From the NCBI GenBank assembly GCA_010356995.1, contig ML996693.1, positions 1,054,001 to 1,118,000 of the forward strand: a stretch of 64,000 nt of DNA, given 5' to 3'. Made by a program: the position numbers and the translations under genes. Positions 49,140-61,092 of this stretch are shown here, one piece after another. The notes under the pieces are model-generated. The model was given only the letters and a program-made list of their open reading frames with translations, ran no database searches and had not been told where the DNA came from. This stretch comes from Trichodelitschia bisporula. Lineage: Eukaryota. Every line of letters begins with the position of its first letter. Position 1 is the first letter of the stretch.

Positions 49140-51333
49140 AAGTGAGAAGAGATGGACAGGACTTCGTTGTCACACAGAGGAGATACTTTCGAAAGATCCC
49201 GAGCAAGTACAGGATAGAAGAGAAGGCAGAGGCGTGCGTCTCTCCCGGTGAGCCGAACTTCGAGCTCTTTCGACAAGCTTCACCATGCCGTCTACTTCCA
49301 GCAGCCGTCAGTGACGAAATGGCCTTCGGTGCCGGAGGTGTGAGCGATACCGGCTATGGCTAGGACACGCATCATGCGACAAAGATCTACACCGATCACA
49401 AGGCGTTACTCGGCGTTCTTTGCAGTCCTGACCCCACTGGAAAGATCGCACGGTGGCAGTATTCCCTGTCACAATATTACTTGGAGTACGTGTACATTTG
49501 TTATGGAACAGGCATCGAGGCTTTGACAGCCTGAAGGCTCATTGAGCATGGACGACGCCCTAACATTTGGTAGCTGAAGCTGTCTTCCTCTCGCATACCA
49601 CGAGAGAACTTCGATTCACTACCTCAGGGAGCCAAGAGGTCGCAGCGTCACCGAGTCGGCACTTTTTCTCTCTCCGTCTGTGCTGCAGCGGAGCATCCCA
49701 ACTCGACTGTGAGAACAGCGAGTCAACACACCTGGCTGTGCAGACAGCAGGCACCTTTCCCTCTGGCCGGCAACAGCAGAGCACCTCACCCTCAACTCAC
49801 ACATGGAGGACGATGGATACACACGTTGTTATGGCACGTTGTCTTATGGCTTATATGCTGCGAGAACGCAGCGTTCTTTTCTTTGTTTGTGCCATCTGTT
49901 ATGGAACAGGCATTGAGGCTTTGGCAGCCTGAAGGCTCATAGGGCATGGACGGCGCCATACCAACATTCCAGGCAAAGATAACAATATGGCCGGTGATGA
50001 GAGAGAACTCACGAAGAGTGGTGTGTCCCACTGAGAACCTCACTCTCCACATCTGCTTCCACTCCGCCAGCGGTTGGCATAGTGACTACGGGCTGGTTGT
50101 GACGCCAGAGGATGTACTGGAAGCTCAGACATCATGGCACGGGTTCAAAACGGCTTCCACCAGATACTTCGGTCTTGAGCTAAGGATGGCATCCCCGAAA
50201 TCAGGATCACACGGCTTTCGAGGCCCAAGGGTTCGGCCAAACTTCCTGGGCTTAAAGCCATCGAGATACACGCCAACCGCATGGATATGACAAGTTTGAC
50301 GGAGACGATGACCCGAGGTTTCAGCATGTTGCCGGCGAACTCCGCCGTTGGTATTGCGGAGAGGAACATGAACCCTGGCCGGAAGTCCTAGTGGTCAGCC
50401 TCAAAGGGTCAAGCCACGGTGCCGGGTCTACGCCGGCTCCTAACCGGTCAGTAAACGCTCCGAGTTCCTCTCGTCTGTCAGTTCCAGTCCCGAGCAACGG
50501 CGACCACGCAACGCGATAAGGACGTCCTCCAGCGCAGCGAGGTGATGGCTCCAAAGTCACCTGTTTCAACTGTTACGGAATTGGCCACATGCAGTGGGCA
50601 CGGCATTCCATCCCGAGACTGATGGCCAGTCTGAGCGCGCCAATGCAGTGTTGGAACTGTATCTGCGAGCGTACACGTCACGGGAGCAAGACGACTGGGT
50701 TGACTGGCTGGCGATGGCAGAATTCGAAGCCAACGCAGCTCCCAGCGAGTCCTGTCCCGAGCCCCGGCTCCGGTCCAAGAGAAAGCTGAAAAACGCAAAG
50801 CATACGAGTTGGGAGCTGCCAGAAAAGAGTTCCAAGAATCGGACGAACCGGAACAGCGGAACAGAGGCTTATGGCCTCATGTGTCTGAGGAGTATGTCAA
50901 GGAAGAAGTGTGCAAGAGTTATCCTGCGACTAGGAGGCACGACTTGACAACCTGGGGATTGGTACTGAGGTGTTCGAGGAGGAATCTGAAGTTCGTAGCC
51001 GTTTTGTGTGAACCAGATACAAGGCTCATTGGGTCAGGCACATGTCAAACACATGTTGAGGCATATGGCACCCACAGGCTGATGGAGCCCATGGCCCGCG
51101 TTGAGGCTATGCCTGCGCAACGTCGGTCGCGCGAACAAGCGGATCTGTCAACCTCCGATGAACCCGCTCGCAAGACGACCAAAACTAGAAAGAACCCGAA
51201 GAGGAGCACGGCAGTGCGTCACTTGCGCGGCATGACGGGGAAACCTCAGATTGACATCGCACGCAAAATCCTTGCTCAGACGGTCAGGGAAGAAGACGGC
51301 ATCACATTCGGGGACCTCCTCGACGCCAGCTGA
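49140..51333 (+). mobile_element. Heavily decayed Ty3/gypsy LTR-retrotransposon fragments
   Basis: RNase H-like KIYTDHKALLG..TGKIARWQYSLSQY (~49382-49495); integrase core [41 protein letters not shown] (50600-50735); gag-like ITFGDLLDAS (~51300). Many stops; no LTRs found. Confidence 0.75.
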
Positions 51334-52543
51334 GGCATGTATCAAGCACACACCATGCCGTGGGTTACCCGAGCATGGATATCAGACGACCAAGTGAGCC
51401 TAACTCTCTCCTCATCCATCTTGTTCACTTGAATCAATCACATGCATTCTGGATCTCCACTTTGCGTCACACCAACTTTGGTACGCAGCAATTGGTGCAA
51501 GGAATTGGCTTGGAGGGCAAGCATCATGGCGAGAAACGGATACTGGGTGCTGACCTTGCGTAATCGGTGTTCTCCTCGGCAGCAGCAGGACAATGCGATG
51601 GTCGCCACCGAAGCCTTAGGAACCGGGAATGTTTCAGCCTTGCACACCCGGGAAGTTCACGACCACACACCACGTGCCATGTCTGGAAACGAACGCCGGA
51701 TCGGCCAAAGGGCGCTCCAGGACGGGGGCGCTTTTCTACTCTGTGGGTGGGATCCTGGTGCCCAGTCGCCATCAGTGGTTTTGACCTCTTGGTGTGGGTT
51801 GGGTTGCAGGTTGCAGGTGTTCTGCTGTTGTCGTTACTGTCGAATGCACGTCAATATCTAGAACTAAGGATACTCGTATGTGTATTTTTAATGTTGGCTG
51901 TGTGATGCTACCATGAAGTGCCATCTGAATCATCTATTCTCGATCCTATGACAGCCCAACCGAGCCATCCAACGGCACAAGCGACAGACCAACAACCCAG
52001 CCAACTCACCCTACGAGACCCTACTCATCCTCCATCTTTGTAGGTGTATGGGACACATTCGGGCATCACCGCCTCGTGACCCACATCCACCATCGTCAAC
52101 ATCACGCAGCTTCATGCAATGTGCTATAAACACGCCCCAACGGGGCCAATTACGTCCTAAGCCTATAGACCGGACCACCTAAGGTACTCATCATCCCCAC
52201 ACTCGCGGCGACCAGCTACGCGAGACGTGCATGCAAAGAGCCGTGCATCAAGTATCCACACTCAAGGAAAAACGAGTTAAAGGAAAAAGGAAGAAGCGCC
52301 CTCGGGTCGTATCGACCGCGCAAGGGGAGAGAGGAGAAAGAAGGTATAGACTCGAAAAAGGTATGTAGACGTGCAATTTGTCCAAGAACCCAACCAGCAA
52401 ACGGTGGTATCAATCTCAGCGCCGCCGCGCACCCCAAACATAAAACAGGAAACGAAGCCAACGCAAAGAGAAGAAAGGCCACATTGTAGCACGGAACCAA
52501 AGCTGTACACGAAAACGACAGACGATACTCAACCCTCACCTCC

Positions 52544-55500
52544 TCACTCCCCCCTCCACCCCCCAACCCTACCCCCAAACTCCGCCCTCGGCGTTCCCTC
52601 CATACTCCCACTCAAGCTCTCATCATCCCCAAACCCCCCCACCTCAGCATCAGCATCATAACTCCCCCTCCTCAACAACGGCGGCGTGCTCGGCTGCGGA
52701 ATCTCCTTCCCCTTCCCCTTCCCCTTCCCGCCCCCCGCCTCCGGCGTCCGCCTCGCATTCGACGTCGGCGGCGTCATAAGCCCTGACAAAAAACTCTGCG
52801 CACTACTGGGCGGCGGCCGGATCCTAGACGGCGTGCCGGCACGGGGCGACGCCGCCGCGCTCGTCGTCTCGCTACTATTTGCAGTCGAGAGCTGGCTCGG
52901 CGCACGCCGCCAGTTCCCAATCGCAGCCGCCAGTTGCGCAGCCTTGGGGGACGCAAAACTAGCCACGCTAGCAAGGCTAGGAAAAGCCTGCGCACCGCCC
53001 GCGGCATTCGCGAGCTGGCGCTCCTTCTCATGCAACTCCATCTGCAGGCCCGCGCGGATACGTATAGCCGCGTTACGCACGGCCTTGCGGTCGAAGGTGC
53101 TGACGTCCAGCGCGCGGACGAGGTCCGCTAAATCGTCCGACCGCACATGGAGCAGCTCGCGCAGCCAGGCGATTTCAGAATCACGGGCGCGGAGCTTGGA
53201 GCCCGATTCTGGATCCGCTTCGGCGAGACGCGTTTCCAGTCCTTCGATTCGCGATTCGCGTTCTTGGAGTTGATCTTGTAGGACCGCGAGGGATTCGCGC
53301 AGGGCCTGGGAGGAGCCGCCTAGGGAGGCGCGGGGGGGTGGGGAGAGGGGTGTTTTTGCGGATTGCGCTGCGGCGGCGGCGGCGTGCGCGGCGGATTTGG
53401 CGACGTCGAGTTTTTCCTCCATGTGCAGGAGTTTGTCTTGCAGGAGGGTGATCTTGGAGTCTGCGAGCTGGAGCTGCGAGGTCAGATACGCCTCGGACCG
53501 GGCCTTGTCCTCGCGCGCGTGCTCCAGCGCGCGCCGGTGCTGCTCCTCCATCTCGCGCAAGCGCTCGGCGTGGGCCTCCTTCACGAAACCCTCAGCGTGG
53601 ATCCTACTCTCAGCCACATGCTCCATCTCCCTCCGGTGCTGGCGCCGCAACTCCTCAAGCCGCTCATCAAACGCCTGGCGCTGCTCCGCGAGCGCCGCAT
53701 TCTTAGCCTCGAGCGCCGAGCGCAGGGCATCGCGCTTCGAGTCCGATTCCTGCTCGAGCACAAGCTCGTGCTTCGCCTTGGCCGTATCGGCATCCATGCG
53801 GACGGCCTCGAGTTCAGCCCGCGCGCGCGCAACTTCGTGCTCGAGCCCGGCGCGCACGACGTTGACCTCGTTATTCGCAGTCTCGAGATCGGCCTCCATG
53901 AGCATGCGCGTGCGCTGCACCTCCACACGACCCGTCTCGCGCGCCTCGCGGAACTCACGCGCATACTGTTCCGCCGCCTGCTGGTGCTCCGCAACCTCAA
54001 GCCTTAGCGCAGCAATCGTCTCCTCGAGCCTTGCGTGCTCCTTCTCCGCCTGCTCCACCACAACCCCCAGTCTCACCGTCTCGCGCTCATGCACAAACAG
54101 CTTCTCGCGATCCTCCTGCAGCCGCAAGCACTCCTTCTGCGTAGCCTCGAGCGCAACGCGAAGCCGCATCGCCTCGCGCTCCTGCTCCTCAAGCCTCTCG
54201 AGTTCGCGCTCCAGACGCTCGCGGGTGCGGGCCTCGGCCTCGCAACGCGCGGTGAGAACCTCGTAGCGCGTGCGGTGCTCGGCGTCGGCACGCTGCCACT
54301 TAGCGCGCTCAGTGGCGATTTGGCCGGCGGCGCGGCCCATGTCGGTTTGCACCTTGTCGATACGTTCGCGCATGGACTCGCGGATGCGTAGAGCTTCTTC
54401 GGTTTGCAGTTTGAGCGCGGAGAAGGTGGCTTGGATCTTGGATTTCTCGGCGCGCTCGCACTCGACGTCCTGTACCAAAGTGGCGTTGGAGGAGCGGAGG
54501 TCGTCGATGGTGATCTGTAGCGTGTTCTTCTCCTCCATGGCAGCTTCGATGGCCTTATCCATACGTCCGTTGCTGGTCTCCAAGTTTGCCACATGGGCCC
54601 TGACCTCGGTGAAGGTGTGCTCGAGCTCCTTCAACCTGCCAGTGTCACCGGCGGACGAGGCACGCAGAGCTTCCAACTCTTCCTTCGCTTGCTGAAGCTC
54701 CCGCTTCATGTCCTCTTCACGCTTCTCGGCGTCCTTGCGCAGTTCAATCTCAGCGGTGAGCTTCGAAGTCGTCTCCTTGATAGTCTCGGCCAACTTGCCC
54801 ATGTGCTCTGACTCCGCAGGTGCCTTGCGGCTACGCTGCAAGTCATCAACTTGCCGTGTGAGGGCCTCGTCGACCAGACCCTTGACAGTGTCCGTCTGGG
54901 GAAGCTGAGAGATGGAGGCCGCGACGGAGTTCTTAATCTCCGCAATCGCCTGGTGCACCTCAGTGAGGTCAACGCTCTGCACAAGTGTCTTCTGGCTGTC
55001 CTGCTGAAGCGACGAGATCGACTCCAGCATGATTGTCCGCAGCTTCTCCATCCGCCTATCGCGACGGGGCGAGAACGAGCGCGAGTTGAGATCCGTGCCA
55101 GCATCATCATCTTCGTCATCCGCGTCGCTCTCCGCCGTCGCCCGTGACCGCATGCGGCGGCTTGATCCGGTGTGGGGAAGCGACGACATTTGCTCGATGA
55201 TCTGCCCCAAGCGCTTCTCGAGCGGCGCGAGGCGGCTGTCGACCGCGCCCTGCACGAGCTGGGACACACGGCTATCGAAAAAGCCCATCCGCTGGCGGAG
55301 CATGTTATCGTCGCCGGAAGAAATGGCATCGTCCCAGTCGCTGACGGGAACATCGCCGGCGGCGTTGAGACGAACGGGGGAATCGTACGCAGGCGCTGCG
55401 CGGCCGTCGCTGAAGGGATCTTGCGTGACGGACGTGGTGTCGACATCTGGAACACGGATGGGACGGGCGTAGAAGCGGCGCGGGCTCGGGCTCGGCGCAT

Positions 55501-58500
55501 CGCTGCGTAGCTTGGGCATCTCGAATTCCTCTTTGTGGGGTGCGGGCGAGATGCCGTCGGCGGGGGTCGATTCCGGCCATGAGCGGTCATCGCGAACGAC
55601 ACCGGCGTCGGAGACCTCGTCGTTCATGAATTTCATCACGGCATCGATCTCCTGGAAAGAAGGCTGCTCCAGCTCCTGGAAGTAGCGCAGCGAGGTAGGA
55701 GCCTCCGTCGCTTCCTTCTCATTGTCAGAGTATCCGAGATGGGTGCGGTCAGTGACGCTGCTCTGTTCAGGCGATGCAAGCGGCTGACCGATAGAACCGA
55801 TGGCGCGTGCAGTGCTGGAAACGACGCCCATGTCCGTCTTTTTGGGGTCGACGTCGGTGGATCCGGGTCCAAAAGGCTTGTCCAGCGTGGTGCTTGCGAC
55901 CAAGCCTTCACCTGCGCTTTCCGCAGATATTTCCGGAAGCTCCTCTTCAAGGGCGGCGACTCCAGTGTCTGCCTCAAGGGGAGGTGTTAGCAGCCCACCG
56001 GAAGGTACCCGCTCAGTGCTGGAAAGGCGTTCCGGCGATCTCTCCGCATCGGTGTGTCTCGGCTCCTCTGGAGACACCGCCGGCTTAACAGCTTCCACAA
56101 CATCCACCGCGACATTTTCTTTGTTTGCCTCAGGTTGCGGGGAAGGCGTCGCAAACAACGGCACTTCGTCCCCGGAATCTCCGCCGCGTCGAGCCCGCTT
56201 CTGCCGCGCATCACCTTGTGTGATCCTTCCATCCTCGTCGAACGTCTCGTCTTGAGACTCACGAGTCGGAGTTCCGGTTTGGGAAGGTGGCTTGATTGGA
56301 AGAACCTTAGACTGCTTCTCTGGCTTCACAACATCCGTGAAGTTGATATTTGAAAAGATCTTAGTAGGCGTAGGCTCAGATGTCGGCGCCACAAAGCTCT
56401 TGCCAGGTACAAACTCTGGAGCACTAGGTTTAAACACCGGCGCCGTGGGCTTGAACTTCGGAGCGCTGGACACGAAGCTAAACTCGCTGTTCGATTTGCC
56501 AAAGGTGCTGCCTGGGCTGAAGGCATTACCGGGGCTAAAGGCATTACCAGGACTGAACGGAGGAGCAGCAACGTTGAATCCACCGGCGCTGATTGAGCTG
56601 CTGCCCGAGTGCCGTATCCGGTGCGTGGGCGGCTCGAAAGCGGGTGCTGTCGGTGTGAACTGCCTCGCCTTATTCGGCTGGAACGAAAAGGCAGATGACG
56701 AGAAGATGGCAGGGTTGAAGGTGGCGCTGGGGTTGCCGCTCGGGCTGAACTCCTTTGCAGCAACGTTGAGTCTCGAAAAGGACGACTTTGAGGAATGATT
56801 CGTGTGCGGCGCCTGCTTGAGGGGCGACGGAGACTTCGGCTTGAAAGTGGGGTCCGCAGCCCAGTTGGGCTGGACATCGTCTTTCGTCTTGCGTTCCCTC
56901 TCCGTCTCGCTCGGGTTCGTGTCGACGTCTGATGCCGCCTTGTCGTTTTCAATAGGTGGTGGAAGGGTATCCATCTTGGAGGCAGCTTGCATAGCGGCGG
57001 GAGCCTGAGGGGGCGCCCATTTACTCTGCACAATGGTATTTGGGGGAGCAGTCCAGTTGGCCTGGTTGTTTCCCGCGGGTGACGGTCCTTCGTACTCCTC
57101 GTCCAACTGCCTGTCAATCGACTCTTCCAGATGGTAGTCTGCATTCTGGATCTTCCGCTCCAGCTTGACGCTGATGTTATGGCGGTGGCTCGGCTTGGGG
57201 TTGACGATTTCAGGGCCCGCACTACGTGTAACTTCGCGCGGCAGCTCCTCCTCCACCTCCGGGACTTCTGCAAGAGTGGATGCGGGACGCATCATCTGTT
57301 GCTGAAGGATCATCTGCTGTTGCTGCTGCTGGCGCTGCAACTGCATCAACAGATCTTCGCGCTGCGGAAAGCCGTAGGGCGAGTCTTGATGCATCCCTGA
57401 CGGAGAGATCGACGCCCGCCTGTTATACTCAGGTAGCGCCGGAGAGCCGCCATGGGGAATGCCGTTCTGGGCAATGAATTGCTGGGGCGACCAGCCCCCC
57501 ATGCCACCCGGCGACATGGCTTGGTGAGGAGACGCGTAGAACGACTGCCTCTGCATGTGAAGACTGGCCCGCGGATTGACCATCGACAGCGGTGAAGCGA
57601 TGGAGCGACTTGCGCCATGGTGTGAGGAGCCCGGGATGAAGCCCTGCGGCATAACGCTGATGGATTGTGCAACCCGATGGCTTCCAGCCGATGACGTAGG
57701 AATTGGAGGAGAAAAGGGCATGCCCGAGTACTGTGAAGATGCCTGTCGTGACATAAGCGCCTCGTCTGAGTCCCCTCCGAGCCCGACGCCGAGTGCACGG
57801 AGCTTCTCTTCGCGCAAAAAGCTGACATATTGCTCCCACGCGCGCCGATCCGGGATGGATACGTTGAACTTGTGGTCCTTGCGGTCCACCATCTGGTCTG
57901 CTTCGTCCGGCCAGAGAGGGCGAGCCTGAGTTTGGCCATCATCGCCATCGTCGTCTTGGAAATCAAAGCCCCTTGTGTTGTACCCAGCCTTCTCAAACTG
58001 CTCAAACCGGGCTTTGACCGAATCAGGGCTTAGAGGGACGGCTTGCTGGCCTTCACCGCCTCTTGGGATGGGTGGTGGCAGCAGAATCCAGCATGCTTTC
58101 CCTTTATATGCCAGTTTCTTCTTGGGTCGCTGCGTCAGAACCGGGTCGCTCTTTGTATCGGCCCGTTGCAATGAAGATGTGCGCGGCAGAGCCGGAGGGG
58201 TCGGAAGAGGCTTCTCGGCCGGCTTCGGGGATTGCTTTTCGGCAGCCTTCGGCGAGGGCCGTTCCGCTGGCTTCGCAGCCTTCTTAGGCGGCGGCGAAAC
58301 CGCGTACCTTGAAGTATACATCTCGGAATCTCGGCTCTGATGCGCCTTGAGAAACGTCGGCCAGAAGTCTTCCTGTTTCAAGGTGCGATTTCCTCTCGGC
58401 TTGTGTCCCTTCTTCGGCTTATCCCACTGCGAGCCTGCACTGAGATACTTCTCGTCTCGAGTATCTTCAGATTCTTCAGCCTGGTCGTCCTCCGGCTGCG

Positions 58501-59143
58501 CAGGTTCCTCGTCTTCAGATAGCTCCTCAGGCCCGAAGAGAACCGACCGGGGAAGTGTCGCACGAGGCGGGCTGAGGCCAATGAAAGGCAGACTCTGTAT
58601 CGCCGAGAGACTAGGCGGGGAAGAAGGAATCCACGAACGAGGCGCACTGGACTGTGGAAGACGCGGAGTTGCCTGCGCTCCTCCGGTAGGAGAGGGTGTG
58701 CTCGGCCGAGTGGGTGTGAGCGTCTGCAAGAGCGGGAGTCTCGATGGTAACAGGTGCGAAAGACCGAAGATGTTCGGCGAGTCCTCGTCCGCGTCGCTGC
58801 TGTCGGCAACCGAGAGCCTCTGGCTTCTAGATCTCCGCGGTGAAACAGATACCTGGGGTGGTAGCTGGTAGGGCGAGCCCCAGCTGGCTGTATAGTAGCT
58901 GCTCTGGTCGGTAGCCGGCGGTGGCAGAGCTGACAGAGTCGGGGTTGTAGGTACTCCCAGTGACGGAAGTGAAGGGAGCGGGGGAAGCTCAGGGCTCGAG
59001 GGGTTCAGCGTCTGCGTCGGGGACGGAGCAGTCCAAAGTGTACCAGCCGGCGATGAAGGCTCAGGGTCGAAGCCGTAGGTTGGCGTCGGCGGCGACGAGG
59101 GCAGCTCTGGCGACAGCCGTGGTGAATTACGAGCAGCGGTCAT
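52544..59143 (-). CDS. 2199-aa conserved fungal protein with a long disordered region and C-terminal coiled coil (often loosely annotated 'myosin heavy chain-like'; no motor domain seen)
   Basis: Single long ORF with strong coding bias; motifs SSYYTASWGSPY, LREEKLRALGV, LNVAAKEF (PAM2-like), heptad region, QALRESLAVLQDQLQERE. Confidence 0.85.
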   Translation of the reverse strand: MTAARNSPRLSPELPSSPPTPTYGFDPEPSSPAGTLWTAPSPTQTLNPSSPELPPLPSLPSLGVPTTPTLSALPPPATDQSSYYTASWGSPYQLPPQVSVSPRRSRSQRLSVADSSDADEDSPNIFGLSHLLPSRLPLLQTLTPTRPSTPSPTGGAQATPRLPQSSAPRSWIPSSPPSLSAIQSLPFIGLSPPRATLPRSVLFGPEELSEDEEPAQPEDDQAEESEDTRDEKYLSAGSQWDKPKKGHKPRGNRTLKQEDFWPTFLKAHQSRDSEMYTSRYAVSPPPKKAAKPAERPSPKAAEKQSPKPAEKPLPTPPALPRTSSLQRADTKSDPVLTQRPKKKLAYKGKACWILLPPPIPRGGEGQQAVPLSPDSVKARFEQFEKAGYNTRGFDFQDDDGDDGQTQARPLWPDEADQMVDRKDHKFNVSIPDRRAWEQYVSFLREEKLRALGVGLGGDSDEALMSRQASSQYSGMPFSPPIPTSSAGSHRVAQSISVMPQGFIPGSSHHGASRSIASPLSMVNPRASLHMQRQSFYASPHQAMSPGGMGGWSPQQFIAQNGIPHGGSPALPEYNRRASISPSGMHQDSPYGFPQREDLLMQLQRQQQQQQMILQQQMMRPASTLAEVPEVEEELPREVTRSAGPEIVNPKPSHRHNISVKLERKIQNADYHLEESIDRQLDEEYEGPSPAGNNQANWTAPPNTIVQSKWAPPQAPAAMQAASKMDTLPPPIENDKAASDVDTNPSETERERKTKDDVQPNWAADPTFKPKSPSPLKQAPHTNHSSKSSFSRLNVAAKEFSPSGNPSATFNPAIFSSSAFSFQPNKARQFTPTAPAFEPPTHRIRHSGSSSISAGGFNVAAPPFSPGNAFSPGNAFSPGSTFGKSNSEFSFVSSAPKFKPTAPVFKPSAPEFVPGKSFVAPTSEPTPTKIFSNINFTDVVKPEKQSKVLPIKPPSQTGTPTRESQDETFDEDGRITQGDARQKRARRGGDSGDEVPLFATPSPQPEANKENVAVDVVEAVKPAVSPEEPRHTDAERSPERLSSTERVPSGGLLTPPLEADTGVAALEEELPEISAESAGEGLVASTTLDKPFGPGSTDVDPKKTDMGVVSSTARAIGSIGQPLASPEQSSVTDRTHLGYSDNEKEATEAPTSLRYFQELEQPSFQEIDAVMKFMNDEVSDAGVVRDDRSWPESTPADGISPAPHKEEFEMPKLRSDAPSPSPRRFYARPIRVPDVDTTSVTQDPFSDGRAAPAYDSPVRLNAAGDVPVSDWDDAISSGDDNMLRQRMGFFDSRVSQLVQGAVDSRLAPLEKRLGQIIEQMSSLPHTGSSRRMRSRATAESDADDEDDDAGTDLNSRSFSPRRDRRMEKLRTIMLESISSLQQDSQKTLVQSVDLTEVHQAIAEIKNSVAASISQLPQTDTVKGLVDEALTRQVDDLQRSRKAPAESEHMGKLAETIKETTSKLTAEIELRKDAEKREEDMKRELQQAKEELEALRASSAGDTGRLKELEHTFTEVRAHVANLETSNGRMDKAIEAAMEEKNTLQITIDDLRSSNATLVQDVECERAEKSKIQATFSALKLQTEEALRIRESMRERIDKVQTDMGRAAGQIATERAKWQRADAEHRTRYEVLTARCEAEARTRERLERELERLEEQEREAMRLRVALEATQKECLRLQEDREKLFVHERETVRLGVVVEQAEKEHARLEETIAALRLEVAEHQQAAEQYAREFREARETGRVEVQRTRMLMEADLETANNEVNVVRAGLEHEVARARAELEAVRMDADTAKAKHELVLEQESDSKRDALRSALEAKNAALAEQRQAFDERLEELRRQHRREMEHVAESRIHAEGFVKEAHAERLREMEEQHRRALEHAREDKARSEAYLTSQLQLADSKITLLQDKLLHMEEKLDVAKSAAHAAAAAAQSAKTPLSPPPRASLGGSSQALRESLAVLQDQLQERESRIEGLETRLAEADPESGSKLRARDSEIAWLRELLHVRSDDLADLVRALDVSTFDRKAVRNAAIRIRAGLQMELHEKERQLANAAGGAQAFPSLASVASFASPKAAQLAAAIGNWRRAPSQLSTANSSETTSAAASPRAGTPSRIRPPPSSAQSFLSGLMTPPTSNARRTPEAGGGKGKGKGKEIPQPSTPPLLRRGSYDADAEVGGFGDDESLSGSMEGTPRAEFGGRVGGWRGE

Positions 59144-59906
59144 TCATCAATTACGGACGACTCAGCATGGTTTCCAAGCGCGTACTTGAGCTTGAAAGGA
59201 GGCCGAGCCGACGATGTTGCGGTGTTGTTCCTTTTTGAGGGAAAAGGTGACAGGTCGCGTAAGGATATGGGGTATAGGTCGCAAAAATCGAGGAATAGGA
59301 GCAGACGCAAATATTTGAACAAAGGAAAAGGTGAAAGCTAGCTAAGGAACGACGAGAGAGGAGGCGGAGAGACGCACAATAGGCACGATGGAGGTGGTGG
59401 CTTCGAAAAAAAGGGTGACGCGAAGACGAGACGACGTGGACCGTGGCAGCAGAAGCCGTGGCCCAAACGGCTATCCCGCCGAAAAATGTATCCCCATTCG
59501 ACGAACTAATTTGCCCCAGTGGGGTGCAATGACAATCTGGGGCAGGCTTTGACTGCCGCCAATCGCTTCAGCCAATCGCCATACCTGTTCACGCCTGATT
59601 TATTAGGTTTTAGATTTCTTTTTTGCTGGCAGACGACAGTTGGTGGTGGATGATCCAGAAGTGCAGCAAGGAGCGACTCAACAGAACAGATGGGCGATTG
59701 TAAGCGTGTTGGTATTGATAGCACAGTGTGCAGCGCATTAGATAGTTGCGAAGTGCACATTGTACAGCCTACCCCGCAAGGCTGGTCCTCGAGATGGGGT
59801 CAGGGTTTGGATGCAGGGACTACTACCATGCTTTTCAAGCATGGCACGCATGGCAACAACTCCGCATCTCCGCATCTCCACATTCCGCATTCCACAGTCA
59901 TCCCTT

Positions 59907-61092
59907 CTAGGCATTGCCCCGCCGCCGCTTGCCTTGATTCCGCTCCCGTTGGTGTACCACCCACTTGTTGATGTTCCGCTTCGGGCGCGTCTTGTAGCCG
60001 GATTTGGCCTGCTAAAGTCAGAACAGCTCGCATTGCGGCAATGAATGGCATGACGTACCGGTGTACCCCACGGGCTGACAGGATGCACGTTACCCTTCGA
60101 TTTACCACGGCCACCGCCGTGCGGATGGTCGGCTATAAAGCGTCAGCCACATTCCCTCCGCGACAAAACCACTCCCACTGACCTGCGTTCATGGCCAAGC
60201 CACGCACGGTTGGCCTGATATTGAGCCAGCGAGATCGCCCGGCCTTGCCCAGCTGTCTGAAGTGATGATGCGGATTGCTCGCCACCCCGATCGTGGCGCA
60301 TGCGTCCTTGCTGACCATTCTAACTTCTCCGCTCTGCAACCGGACGGAGACGAAGCGCCAGTTCTTGCCTTCTCCTCTGGCAACAACGACGGCGTAAGTG
60401 CCGGCGCTACGGCAAAACACACCTCCCCTAGTCGGTGCAGAGCCCACGTTGTAAACCTGCGTCCCGAGCGGTATGAGGTGCAGCGGTAGGCAATTTCCGC
60501 GGAAAGCTGTCTTCGCCGCCAGCATACCGGGATCGATCGTGCCGCCCATGCTATCCAGCAGTGCCTTTGGAATCCCAGACATGTAGCTCGTCACCACATC
60601 CCCGGCACGCATGCCCTCTGCCGCAACAATGTAGCTCTTCGTGCCCGTCTGCTTGTGTGAGAGCAGCGCAAGATGTGCACTGCGATTCGGGTCGTACTCG
60701 ATCCGCTCCACCAGCTGCTCACCCGGCTCTTTGCGCATGTAGTCCACCATTCGAATGCGCCGTCTGTGACCGCCGCCATGATGCCGTACCGTGATTCGGC
60801 CAGTGGCGTTGCGGCCACCTTTTCCATGGCCAATCTTGGGAAATGTGAGCGGGCGATGCGGTTTTCCTTTCCACAAATGGTCGTTGATCGGGCGCTTGAG
60901 GTGACGGATACCCGGGGTGCGAGGCTTGTAGGTGCGGAGGACGACGTTTCGCTCTCGTCGGTACGGTGCCGCTGTTGGGGTCGGGACGCTGGTTATGGGT
61001 GTGTGGGTGACGGTGGCGTAGGATCGGAGGGGAGAGGAGAGACAATTGGCGATCAGTGGCCTAAATCTTGCCAGAAGTCGAGGTTGTAGCAT
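59907..61092 (-). CDS. RML2: Mitochondrial ribosomal protein uL2m; introns ~60134-60182 and ~60009-60058
   Basis: Basic presequence; [77 protein letters not shown]. Confidence 0.95.
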
